This document shows, piece after piece, positions 11,245 through 24,063 of a DNA stretch of 64,000 nucleotides. The notes beneath the pieces are model-generated. The model saw only the letters and a list, made by a program, of their open reading frames with translations, made no database searches and was not told the DNA's origin. Location: contig NC_135910.1 of assembly GCF_964194155.1 (NCBI RefSeq), positions 20,460,001-20,524,000 on the forward strand, read 5' to 3'. This DNA is from Cetorhinus maximus. Its lineage: Eukaryota. The position numbers were made by a program, and so were the translations under genes. Numbering within the stretch: the first letter of the stretch is position 1; every line of letters begins with the position of its first letter.

Positions 11245-12140
11245 TTCGCAGTATCTTTACAGTGCAGAAAGAGGCCATTTGGCCCAACGAGTCTGCACTG
11301 ATTCTCTGAAAGAGCACTCCACCTAGTCCAACTCCTCTGCCTTATCTTAGTAACCTTGCACATTTTCTCTTTTCAGGGAGCAATCCAATTCCCTTTTGAA
11401 TGCCTCGATTGAACTTTCCTCTATCACCCTTTCAGGAAGTTTGTTCCAGACTCCAACCGCCCTCTGGGTGAAAATGTTTTTCCTCACATCCCACTTACTC
11501 CTTTTGCCAATTATTTTGAATCTGCACCCTCTAGCTCTTAATATTCTCTTGAGTGGGAACAGTTTCTCACTATTTACCCTGTCCATAACCCTCAGGATCT
11601 TGAATTCCTCTACAAAATCTCCTTTTAACCTTCTTTTCTCCAAGGAAAACAGTCCCAACCTCTCCAATCTATCCTCATAGCTACAGTTCTTCATCCCGGA
11701 AATCATTCTTCTGAATCTCCTTGGTACTCTCTCCAATGCCTTCACATCCTTCCACAAGTATGGCGCCCAGAACTGGATGCAGTTCTCCAGATGAGGCCTA
11801 ACTGTTGTCTTATACAAGTTCAACATGATTTCCTTACTCTTGTACTCAATACCTCTATTAATAAAGCCTAAGATACTATATGCTTTATTAACTGCTCTCT
11901 CAACATGCCCTGCCATCTTCAATGACCTATGTACTTTTACACCAAGGGCCCTCTGTTCCTGCACCTCCTTTAGAGGCTCTCCCTTTATTTTCTACTGTCT
12001 TACCATATCTTTCCTGCCAAAACAGATCACTTCACACTTCTCTGCATTGAACTTCATCTGCTACTTGTCTGCCCAATCCACCAACATATCTATGACCTTT
12101 TGAAGTTCAAGACTATCCCCATCACAGTTGACAACATTGG
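11245..12140 (-). mobile_element. CR1 LINE 3' fragment (RT C-terminus), inserted in the PLE
   Basis: ORF 11347-11964: KAYSILGFINRGIEYKSKEIMLNLYKTTVRPHLENCIQFWAP..LFSLEKRRLKGD..FTQRAVGVWNKLP. Confidence 0.95.
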
Positions 12141-12226
12141 CAATGCCTCTACCAATCAGAGTCCACTTATCAACCAATCAGCACTCTCCTCTCATACAGT
12201 ATAAATTGTTGTTCCCTTTACATTTG
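12141..12226 (+). mobile_element. Continuation of the PLE 3' UTR (resumes again at 12914-12980)
   Basis: ggcaatgcctctaccaatcagagtc repeats the motif ggcaatgcattgtccaatcagagtc at 11141-11165. The part after the MITE has a decayed hammerhead-like ccgatggg-ggcaaga-tgaaa. Confidence 0.55.
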
Positions 12227-12913
12227 GGGGATAATTTTCTCCCTGTTGAGGGGGGGAGGGGGGGTTGGGCGGGAGCGGGCACAGGTGGGTACGCAGCTGA
12301 TTGTTGCCCGTGATTGGCTGCGCGCCACCATTTTAAATGGGCTGGGCAATTAAGTTCTGCCCAGCGTGACGTGCACCCAGAAGCACTGAGCGCTCCCTGT
12401 GCGGGTGGGGGGAGTAGGCTGAGTCAGGGCCTGTGCTCTTTCGTGTGTGCGTGCGAAAGAGCGCAGAAATCTCCCTGAGACACAGAGCTGCCTCAGGGAG
12501 ATTAGTGCGATTTTCTAAAATTTGAATAAAGTCAGTATCACATGAGCTGGGGACATGTCTATGAATTTTATTAAAAATTTCTATTAAACTTTAAAAACCT
12601 TCATGAAATCTCATCCCGCCCGTGGATGAGGTTTCATGATAAATGTGAAGGCCGCCTGGGCTCTTCGCCTGCCCCCCCGCCAACCTTAAGGTTGGATGGG
12701 TGGCTCCATTAATTATTTTAATTGGTATTTAAATGGCCTTAATAGGCCTTTTACAGTTTGGCGGGTGTGCAGCCGACTCCACTGTGCACCCGCTGAACTG
12801 AGGATTGGAATGACGCGCGGTGACATCAGGACACACGCCCAACGTCACCGCGCGTCATTTTACATGTCAGCGAGTGGGGCCCATCCCCACTCGCCAACCC
12901 GAAGATTCTGACC
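12227..12913 (+). mobile_element. ~0.69-kb Harbinger-like MITE
   Basis: Collinear with 5630-6286 and 50469-51159; palindromes ccaaccttaaggttgg and catgaaatctcatcc/ggatgaggtttcatg. Confidence 0.85.
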
Positions 12914-14229
12914 CCGATATTCTTGTCCCGATGGGGGCAAGATGAAAATCTTCAACATAAAAATCTCTTTTTTCAGCGATGATCTGGAATTAATCGATAC
13001 AGTGACTGGGTGCCTCAAATGGGAAAATGTTCCATTCCCAGCAATAAATCCTTCACCTTTATGAGCACAAGAAACTAAGGGAGGCCCCTGTGCCATTGCC
13101 CTACAGCCTGTTCAGTGCTGAGTGGCAGCCAGGCCCTTTTAAGAATTTTCTACCTCTCTAACCTAAATTCTTGATGATGGTGCAGCTTGAAGCTACCGTT
13201 GATACAGAAGCTGTTTTTAAGTTGCAGAAGTCTATTTTTCATTATACTGACAGTGAGAGTAGAATTCTCCAATGTATTTTGTCATCTTCCAAAGCTGTAT
13301 CCTTGACCTATTTAGAAGCTTTGAAGTGATGTGCTCTGCAAATGCATAGAAGAATTTTAACTGGGCGAGAATTGAAAGTGATTTTTTTGTGCCTGTTGCA
13401 AAACAAGAGTCCTCTCAGGCAGCCAAAGCAAAATGCATTTTAAACGGTTAATGAATAGAATAAATGTTGTGTACATCAAACAGTTAGACTCAACACAAAA
13501 ATCTTTGCTCCACTCCCTTAAAGGTGAAGTGTACTCTTCTGATCAACATTAAAGAAACTAGTACCAACAGCTGTTTATCCGTATAATTGGATATAAACAT
13601 TGCATCCAATACAAAATGCCTTATGGAGATCAATCTCTGCGTAATTGCAATCTCCATTTCTCTCTCTCTATGCCCGCCTCTCTCCCTGCCTCACACTCTG
13701 CTTCACTCTCTCTTCCTCTTTCTGTTTAATACGCTTTGTCTAACCCTCTACGTTTTTTTCTTTCCTCCCCTCTATTTGCATCACACAACCTCCAGTCCCC
13801 TACACAAATTAATTTAGAACAATCTTAATCTCAGAGACTCTGGGACCTGCCCCTTCCCATGTCTGACTGTGGAAAGTATTCTATCACAGGGAGGGGAACA
13901 AAGAGTCAATTTGTGCTGAGAGAGGCTATTTGGTTCATCATGCTTTTGCACTCTTTGAAAGAGTGATCCAATAAAGCCATTCCCTTGCTTTTTCCCCAAT
14001 GGTAATTTTGGTAGTTAGCCATAGTCTACAAGGGACTGTAGACATCTCACTCCATTAGAGAGAGAGAGACACACACAATTGGTTATATATAACTTGAGGG
14101 GTACCACTCAGCAAACATAGGGCAATGTGAGGAAGTAGGCCTCCATGAACTACCACAGACAGTACAGGGATTGAACCTGCACCATTAGTGTCATTCTGTA
14201 TCACACTCTAGCCATCTAGCTAACCAGCT

Positions 14230-14700
14230 TTCCCTATCACTCTGCAAATTAATTGCAGTTTATGCCAAGGGATATAAAATCAAGGGATTTATCAATTTCC
14301 CTTAGGAAGTTATTACTGAATCTGCTTTTACAACTCACTACATCAAAAAAATCTTCTCATCTCCCCCCTGGATTTTTTTCTACCAATTATCTTCAAACTG
14401 TGTACTCTGGTTGCCAACTCTCCTGCCACTGGAAACAGGCCTATCCAATGTATCAAAACTTTATCATTTTGAGCGTCTGTAATAATTCTCTGCTTAGAGA
14501 AGAACAATCCCAACTCATCCAGTCTCTCCACGTAATGAATTCCCTCAATGCTGATACCATCTCCCCTGATCCCTCTCCCAGACCTTACATCCCTCATAAA
14601 CTGTGGCGCCTCGAATCAGATGCAATGCTTCAGCTGAGGTGTGGGCAGTTTTGTGCTGTGGCTTTGAACCTGCTGAGAAGCAAACTGAGAAAACCCTCCA
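14230..14700 (-). mobile_element. Highly decayed CR1 3' fragment
   Basis: Minus-strand translation ERLDELGLFFSKQR..LFP..LKIIGRKSRGEMRRFF. Confidence 0.7.
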
Positions 14701-16806
14701 AATATATTTCACTTCTGAGCCTCAGGGCTGAGTGCAGACAGACGGTTGCTTCTCACTTCTGGCTGCATTTAGCCTCAGTCCCCAGATAGCCATAATTTTA
14801 ATGTGTTATCAACATCAGCAAGAGTCAAGTGGCCATTGAAGTACACAGCTCAGGAGTTAACCATAACTGGAACCCAAGGTAAAGCTATGAATAAATGAAG
14901 GAATAAAGCAAGGCAAAAGCCAGAAACAAATGCTGAGCAAACAGAAAACAGCTCTGAAGGTCAAACCATTCTAAATGAGTTAATATTATTTATTTATATG
15001 AAGGCAAAATGCATGCTGGGTAGCTGTGTGTCTATTAGTGAAGTCAGAATAATTTCAATCTTTCTTGGAAAACACCAGGAGAGAGAAAATGCCACTTCAA
15101 AATGGCAGTGATCCTCTATTAAAGGAACAATGTTTATTAAAAAGGGACAATTTTGCTACAGCCAGTTCAGAGCAAGGTCCAGCCTGCTCTAAAAATTCCA
15201 ATCTCACACCATCATGTAGCATCAACATCGCTTTGCATTGTTCTCCACAGTCAGTGCTAGACTGGCATGTGATGGTGTGGAGGTCTGTAATTATTCATAG
15301 CATCCTGGTCACATTTGGTGGCTACATTTTTGGATGTAAACCAGGGTCAGACTTGACTGAAGTGTCCCCTACATGGTCAAATGACCTGCTGGCAATCTGC
15401 AGTCTACGAAATCACACGTGAATGATGACTATTTGACAGCTATTTGTCACTGGAGCCATTTCGCAGTTTGGGTTCTGCTTTGATTAAAAGCTCTACTCGT
15501 TCTATATTGGAAGATTGTAAATTGTTCCAAAAATACTGAATCTGGAATCTTTTGAAGTGTGATTCCTTGTTGGAGGGCATTGTGATATTAGGGCTCAAGA
15601 CTGCAAGGTTCCTTTGCTAATGTCAGCCATTAAATATAACAATTCAGGGTGACTCCCCACACCCAGCCAGTGAGAAGGATTATTCCAGATTCAGGTGACT
15701 CCAGACTGGCTCTCAGTCTACTTTCAATCAATAATTGTTTCAGACTCTGCCTTACTGATATCATCAAACCAGACCACCAGTCAGGAGGATCAACTTGGCA
15801 GTCCAATCCACGAGGTACAAATTTGACCTTTTTTTTGTGCAAAAGACTTAGAAATGGTTTCTAGTTTATTTTTATTAGGCAAAAACCAATCCCTGGATCC
15901 ATTTTGTGAGAATATTTGGTATTTAGAAAGCAGTTTAATGACACAATTAATTAAGTTGGTAGTTCAGGTTAGTTCAAGTTAAACTTTAGGGTTCAGGGTG
16001 ATTTGGTTGCTATGTCAGCGGAGTCACGGAGATTTCAGACATCTTGCCTATTTCAGAGAACTGACAGATTACATAATGGCCCCAGTGTGAGTCTTTCCCA
16101 ATCCAGTCCAACAAGGGGGAATGCTTGTTAGCTTCTGATCAGATCTCAAATTGATGGATTTAAATCTTCCTATATCTGGGCAAGTGGGTAGACCCAACAT
16201 TTCTGAAAGAATCCCTGTCAATAAATATTTTTGCAACATAAAGAAAGGGAAGGACTTTGAATAGCTTTTATTTTAGGGGTAGAGAGTTTGAGCCACACAC
16301 CAAACTGAGCAGGTGCTGCACTGTCAAAGGTACTGTGTTGAAAAGTCCTGCCTACAGTTCCAGTAGCTCAGGCGAACGTTAAGGGTCTTTAAAAATGAAC
16401 AAGGAAATTCCCCAGTGTCGCAACCAGCGACTCCCCTGTCAACCATCAACAACACAAGCAAAACACGTCATCACTCATTGCAATATTTGTGGGTTCTTTC
16501 TGTGTGCAAAGTAATTTCTGTATTGGCCTACAGTCATTCCAAAGAGCAAATCACTAAGCAAAACACTCTGAGGTTCTATTTCAAAGTGGTTATGAGTTAC
16601 TTTTTGAATTAGCTCTTCCTTCGATCAGTGAGCTAAACTGTATCTACCGGGGACTCTATCTTGCCTTTATGTATAACATTCCGCTCTTCCATCTGAAATT
16701 CTATTATTATAACAAAGACACTAACCCACACATTTTAGAGGCCCTAGCTCAAAGAGCAGTGAATTTTCTGATAAAAGCATTAATGTCTGACAGGGACCAG
16801 GAGCCA

Positions 16807-17503
16807 GGGCTGGAATTTAGTGCTGGTGGTTAACGGCACCATCAAAGGGAGATGGCAGATGGGCCCAGAAGTGATTGGGGTGACTCTGCCTCAGTGGTTA
16901 ATGGGACCTGGGGCTGCCCCCCCTTGGATGGTGGCCACTGGGGCTGCTGTCCCCATTAAGGATGCCCCCCTAGACCTGCAGGCCAATCAGAATGCTGGAC
17001 ACTCAGCAACCTCACTGGGAGCCGTGGCCACTGAGGGAGCTGCACCTAGAGGAGGAGGGTGTAATGATGGCCCATATGCCCTTATAACCAGATAGGTGGG
17101 TCTGGTGGCGCTGGAGCCGGTTAGAGAGGCCTGGCGAGGGGGGAGGTCGGGTGATGGATTGGTGAGGGCAGGCAGTGTCGAAGTCACTGGGACTCCTCTG
17201 TTGGCCAAAGATTGCCCGCACCAAACCCACTGGGAGTCCAGCAGGGTCTAACAAGCCTTTTCACCATGTAGCCCCACACCCACCACTGGTAAAATTTCAG
17301 CAGGAGGTGGGAAGAAGCCCTTAATTGGTCACTTTGGTGTTTCAGTTGAGCTGTGGGAGGGAGGGCTGTGTGCCACCTTCACCACCTCTGGCAAGATGGC
17401 ACAGTGGCAGGGAGACAGCATACACACTGCCCCCACCTTCCTTTTCCTTTTTACAGGCTGCCCTGCCTCCCAGCCATCCCCAGGGGGCTAGTGGAATCCA
17501 GCC
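16807..17503. mobile_element. Old GC-rich MITE
   Basis: TIR-like gggctggaattt...ggaatccagcc, ~0.7 kb. Confidence 0.6.
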
Positions 17504-18459
17504 TCTGATCTCAACAGAAATGCTCACAAAACAAGACTGGAAAATTATACAGGGTAGTAAAAATGTAGATTATATATTTTGATTCAACATCAGAACACAG
17601 AAATTATTTCAAATAAAAATTATGCAAAACAATTTAAGAATTAATGAGAGCAGTGAGGTGATAATTTCTCATTACATCAATAGTGAAAATATTTTTAAAA
17701 AATTAATATCTGACCTACAAATCCTTCCTTAGCATGTACATAAGTGGAATGTTCCAAGATAATCTCCTACAATGACTTTATTCTCAATATATTAAACTCC
17801 ATGCAAATTTTAATATCCTAGATTAAAAATTATTAAGGAATAATCTCACTGAGTTTCCAAAGGCTCTGTGGGTTTATCCTGTCAGTGTCTGGATCAGAAA
17901 GACCTGAAGGATCCCAAATTTGATCCCCTGTCTTGAGTGAGGTGACCAAATCAATTTAGGACGTGGGAGTTGCTCTAATTGGCCTCAGTGCCCTGGTTAA
18001 TGAGGAAAAGAATGTCCAGGTTCCACACTCCTGATAGTTAATCAGTGAATCAAGAAGGAAAGTGCAAGGATGTTAGAGAGAAGGAAAGCAGAGAGTGCTG
18101 GTGGCTCAATCGGTATCTAAACATAATCGGTGAAAACCATTGAACCTCATCTGCCAAACATTAACAAGCCAGTCTCAGGTTCTGACTGACCTACTGTGCA
18201 ATGTTCCTGTTGTATCTTGGAGAAGGATCCTGAGAGGGAAAAATAAAAACCCATGAGTGTTAAATTTAGAAACAAAAACAGGAAATGTTGAGAATTCACA
18301 GCAGTACTGAGAATCAGAAAGTGAAGCAATGGATGATTACAGTAGAAATATTAACCTTTTTGCTCCTTCAAGTGTTAGTATCCAAACTCCTGTAGTTTGC
18401 AACACTTCCCTGTCGGTTGCACCACAGAAAGGCTCATATTCATGCAATAACAACTTGCA

Positions 18460-19020
18460 TTTTTTTATTTGTCTTGGGATATAAGCATCGATGCCACGGC
18501 AGCATTTATTGCCCATCCCTAATTGCCCTTGAGAAGGTGGTGGTGAGCTGCCTTCTTGAACCGCTGCAGTCCCTGTGGCGTAGATACACCCACAGTGCTG
18601 TTAGGGAGGGAGCTCCGGGATTTTAACCCATCAAAGAAATGGCAATATGATCCCAAGTCAGGATGGTGTGTAACTTGCAGGGGAACTTGCAGGTGGTGGT
18701 GTTTCCCTGCGTCTGCTGTCTTTGTCCTTCTAGGTGATAGAGGAAAGTTTGGAAAGTGCTGTCTAAGGAGCCTTGGTGAGCTGCTGCAGTGCATCTTGTA
18801 GACGGTGCACACAGCTGCCATTGTGCATTGGTGGTGGAGGGAGTGAACATTTATAGTGGTGAATGTTGTGCCAGTTGGGCTGCTTTGTCCTGGATGGTGT
18901 CAAGCTTCTTGAGCATTGTTGGAGCTGCACTCATCCAGGCAAATGAAGAGTATTCCATCACACTCCTGGCTTGTGCCTTATAGATGGTGGGCAGGCTTTG
19001 GGGAGTCAGGAGGTGACTTG
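18460..19020 (-). mobile_element. 3' fragment of a second CR1-superfamily LINE family
   Basis: TPQSLPTIYKAQARSVMEYSSFAWMSAAPTMLKKLDTIQDKAA; same family as 20450-23200. Confidence 0.9.
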
Positions 19021-20449
19021 ATGTGAGATACAGCACACTCCAGACTCTTTCCACTCCACTGTGCAATCGTATAGCGCCTTTAATATCAAAACATGTTTCA
19101 AGGCATTTCACAAAGCTGAAGCTCAAAAAATGGATCTTCCTAAAGAGGAGATATAATTCCTTTCACATCTTCCTGCTGTCCTAGAGCACTTTACAGTTAA
19201 TGTATTACTCATAACATGTAGTCACTGTTGTTAAGTGGGGAAGCATTGCAGCCAGTTTGCACACAGTGAGCTACAACAAACAGTGTTGATTTACAGATTA
19301 ACGTTGGCCTGGACACTAGGAAAATTTCCTTGGTTGTCTGATAGGATAGGAATAACTGCGCATAAAAGATCATGAGGACATGGAATCCATTAGCACAATG
19401 AGTTGTTGAAGCTGAGCCATAGTGATTCAGAGTGTGTAATATGACAACCTGAACAAAAATATTGGGGGGTACAGAAGAAGAGTAGAAGAGTGAATCAGAT
19501 GTAGCAATACCAGAAACATAAGCATGATGGGCTGAATGGTCTCTTTCTGTTCCATGATTCCATATTTTTCTAAATGGGGAAACAAATTACAGTTTGGCAA
19601 GTAAAATGCTTCCAAGGCTTGGGTTTTTTTATATGTTCACAGAATTATTCAATGTCCAATTACATTTCTCAAAAAGGAAAAATGAATTAAGAAAAAATAT
19701 TTAACAGGTAATACATTTAAACTTCAATGTGAACAGTATGTAACCTACATTGTCCTGTGGATAGATTTTCCCCTATGTGTTCAGTCATTTAGTTTTTCCT
19801 CTGAATTTATCTTTCTCATTTTCCTTCTTTTTAAACCCATTTTCCCCGTAAGATGCTCAAATTTCGAGAGATATGAGAGAGCTGTTTGGTCAAAAATGCT
19901 TCTTGCCTTCCTTTACAATAATTTGCATCCATTTCACCTGAATCAAATCTGTCAGCTGACTTGGAGCAGAAAACATTACATTTTGCAGACATGAAATGGA
20001 TATGAATTACCATCTTTTAATGGAAATGGTGATTGAATATTAAAATCCTACATTATAGCCTAGTGATTCACTGCCTAACATCAAGGCATAAACTGCACAG
20101 GAGCAAAGATATCTAACCATTCTTCCTGCTAGATGTAATTGAATGTTGCTTCGTGGCATCTCCTAGTTTTAGGTGGAGTTTCTTGTCCATTTTAGGTAGA
20201 ATATGAGCACGAGAATCTTTGCCACAGAATTACTTTAACTATTGCTAGGAAGATATCTTATGACCTAGTTTAAAAAGCGTATTGAGCTTCCCTCGATCTG
20301 CTGTAGCCTTTTTCATGGTTAATTTCCTCCCCTTCTCTCCATAAATCTCCTTTAGATGGAACACCAGCTCTGTTCTGCCACCTCACCCAAGTGACCATCC
20401 TTCCTGTGTGATCCTGGACTATAAATGCCATCAGGTCACTAAACCTTAT

Positions 20450-23200
20450 TTACAGGATGTGGGTCAGCATTTATTGTCCATCCCTAATTATCCTTGAGCA
20501 GGTGATGGTGAGCTGTCTTCTTGAACCGCTGCAGTCCATGTGGTGTAGGTACACCCACAGTGCTGTTAGGGAGGGAGTTCCAGGATTTTGACCCAGCGAC
20601 AGTGAAGGAATGGCGATATATTTCCAAGTCAGGATGATGAGTGACTTGGAAGGGAACTTCCAGGTGGTGGTGTTCCCATCTATCTGCTGCCCTTGTCCTT
20701 CTAGATGGTGGTGGTTGTGAGTTTGGAAGGTGCTGTCTAAGGAGCCTTGGTGAGTTCCTGCAGTGCATCTTATAGAAGGTACACATCTTATAGAAGGTGC
20801 TGCTACTGTGCGTCGGTGGTGGTGGGAGTGAATGTTGTGGATGGGGTGCCCTTTGTCCTGGATGGTGTCAAGCTTCTTTAGTGTTGTGGGAGCTGCACTC
20901 ATCCAGGCAAATGGGGAGGATTCCATCACATCCTGACTAGTGCCTTATAGCTGGTGGACAGGCTTTGGGGAATCAGGAGGTGAGTTACTTACCACAGGAT
21001 TCCTAGCCTCTGACCTGTTCTTGTAGCCACAGTATTTATATGCCTAGTCCAGTTCAGTTTCTGGTCAGTGGAAACCCCCCCAAGATGTTGATAATGGGGA
21101 ATTTAGTGATGGTAATGTCAATGAATATCAAGGGGCAATGGTTAGATTCTCCTTTGTTGGAGATGGTCATTGCCTGGCACTTGTGTGGTGCGAATGTTAC
21201 TTGTCAGCCCCGAGCCTGGATATTGTCCAGGTCTTGCTGCATTTGGACATGGGCTGCTTCAGCATCTGAGGAGTCGCAAATTGTGCTGAACATTGTGCAA
21301 TCATCAGTGAACATCCCCACTTCTGACCTTATGACGGAAGAGAGGTTATTGATGAAGCAGCTGAAGATGGTTGGGCCGAGGACACTACCCTGATGAACTC
21401 CTGAAGTGATGTCCTGGAGCTATGATTGACCTCTAACAACCACAACCATCTTCCTTTGTGCTAGGTATGACTCCAACCAGTGGAGAGTTTTCCCCCTGAT
21501 TCCCATTGACTCCAGTTTTGCTAGGGCTCATTGATGCCACACTCAGTCAAAAGCGGCCTTGATGTCAAGAGCAGTCACTCTCACCTCACCTCTGGAGTTC
21601 AGCTCTTTTGTCCATGTTTGAACCAAGGCTGTTATGAAGTCAGGGGCTGAGTGGCCCTGGCGGAACCCAAGTAGATGTCAGTGAGCTGGTTATTGCTAAG
21701 CAACTGCCGCTTGATAGCACTGTTGATGACCCTTTACATCACTTTACTGATGATCGAGAGTAGACTGATGGGGTTGTAATTGGCCGGGTTGGATTTGTCC
21801 TGCTTTTTGTGTACAGGACATACCTGGGCAATTTTCCACATAGCCGGGTAGATGCCAGTGTTGTAGCCGTACTGGAACAGCTTGGCTAGGGGCACGGCAA
21901 GTTCTGGAGCACAAGTCTTCAGAACAATTGCCAGGATGTTGTCAGGGCCCATAGCCATTGCAGTTTCCTGTGCCTTCAGTCGTTTCTTGATATCACGAGG
22001 AGTGAATCGAATTGGCTGAAGACTGGCATCTGTGATTCAGGGGACCTCCGGAGGAGGCCGAGATGGATCATCCACTCGGCACTTCTGGCTAAAGATTGTA
22101 GCAAATGCTTCAGCCTTATCTTTCGCACTGATGTACTGGGCTCCCCCATCATTGAGGATGGGGTTATTTGTGGAGCCTCCTCCTCCAGTGAATTGTTTAA
22201 TTGTCCACCACCATTCCCGACTGGATGTGGCAGGTCTGCAGGGCTTAGATCTGATCCATTGGTTGTGAAATTGCTTAGCTCTGTCTATCACTTGCTGCTT
22301 ATGCTGTTTAGCATAAAGTAATCCTGTGTTGTAGCTTCACCAGGTTGACGCCTCATTTTTAGGTATACCTCATGCTGCTTCTGGCATGCCCTCCTGCACC
22401 CTTCATTGAACGAGGGTTGATCCCCTAGGGTGATAGTAATGGTAGTGTGGGGGATATGCCAGGCCATGAGGTTACAGGTTGTGCTTGAGTACAATTCTGC
22501 TGCTGCTGATGGCCCACAGCGCCTCATGGTTGCCCAGTCTTGAGTTGCTAGATCTGTTCGAAAGCTATCCCATTTAGCACAGTGGTAGTGTCACACAACA
22601 CGATGGAGGGTATCCTCAGTGTGAAGGCGGGACTTCGTCTCCACAAGTACAGTGCAGTGGTCACGCCTACCGATACTGTTATGGAGAGATGCACCTGAGG
22701 ATGAGGTCAAGTATGCTTTTCCCTCTTGTTGGTTCCTTCACCATCTGCTGCAGACCCAGTCTAGCAGCTATGTCATTTAGGACTTAGTCAGATCAGTCAG
22801 TAGTGGTACTACCAAGCCACTCTTGGTGATGGACATTGAAGTCCCACACTCAGAATACATTCTGTGCCCTAGCCACCTGCAGTACTTCCTCCAAGTGGTG
22901 CTCAACATGGGGAAGTACTAATTCATCAGCTGAGGGGGTGGACGGGCACGGTACATGTTAATCAGTGGGAGGTTTCCTTGCCCTTGTTTGACCTGATGCC
23001 ATGAGACTTTATGGGGTCCAGAGTCGATGTTGAGGACTCCCAAGGCAGTTCCCTCCCGACCCCATACCACTGTGCCGTACTGGTGGTCTGGGAAATTGTC
23101 TGTAAGGTATGTTACTGTGAGTATGGCTATCAGGCTGTTGCTTGACTAGTCTGTGAAACAGCTCTCCCAATTTTGGCACTAACCCCCAGATGTTAGTAAG
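20450..23200 (-). mobile_element. ~2.75-kb 5'-truncated CR1-superfamily LINE (decayed APE-RT ORF2)
   Basis: GPDNILAIVLKTCAPELAVPLAKLFQ..WKIAQVCPVHKKQDKSNPANY-PISLLSIISKVM and KDKAEAFATIFSQK; 3' tail aattagggatggacaataaatgctg. Confidence 0.95.
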
Positions 23201-23650
23201 GAGTGACTCAATTATCCCCTTTTTAACACAAAGGCACTGAACACACTTGTATGTCTATTACATGGATCATACAACATAGAAAGCGGAAATCCCATGGTCC
23301 GCGTTTATACTCTACACATCTCCTCTCACCCTATCAGTATATCCTTCTATTCATTTCTCCCTTATGTATTTTCTGGTTTCTCCTTAAATATGTGGTAGCA
23401 AATTCTACGTTCTAACCAGACCCAAGGTAAAGAAGTTTCTTGTAAATTCCTTACTAGGTTTATTAGTGACCATCTTATATTTATGGCCTCAGTGTTCCTG
23501 TACATGTGGGAAAGGGAAATCATCCAGGGATTCTGCTTCCAATCAGGACCTAGTGACTCATGCTGTGAAGTATTCACATGTGGAAAAAAGCAGGCTTGGT
23601 TCTTATGCTCTCTAGAGTGAAATGTCCTGCAGACTCTCAGACTCACATCA

Positions 23651-24063
23651 AGTGGTATACAGTCGGGAGGGAGTTGCCCTGGGAGTCCTCAACATTGACT
23701 CCGGACCCCATGAAGTCTCATGGCATCAGGTCAAACATGGGCAAGGAAACCTCCCACTGATTACTACATACTGTGCCCCTCCACCCCCTCAGCTGATGAA
23801 TCAGTGCTCCTCCATATTGAACATCACTTGGAGGAAGCACTGCGGTTGGCTAGAGCACAGAATGGGGTGAGGACTTCAATGTCCATCACCAAGAGTGGCT
23901 CGGTAGCACCACTACTGACCGAGCTGATCAAGTCCTAAATGACATAGCTGCTAGTCTGGGTCTGCGGCAGGTGGTGAGGGAACCAACAAAAGGGAAAAAC
24001 ATACTTGTCCTCATCCTCACCAATCTGCCTGCCGCAGATGTATCGGTCCATGACAGTGTCGGT
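23651..24063 (+). mobile_element. Endonuclease-region fragment of the same LINE family, inverted relative to 22670-23072
   Basis: gggagtcctcaacattgactccggaccccatgaagtctcatggcatcaggtcaaac is the reverse complement of ~22985-23045 with few mismatches. Confidence 0.9.

Noticed and set aside
13141-13270. Possible C/D-box snoRNA (TGATGA ~13172, CTGA ~13247, weak flanking complementarity)
   Set aside because: It lies antisense to the inferred host transcript, the terminal stem is not adjacent to the boxes, and I see no recognisable rRNA guide.
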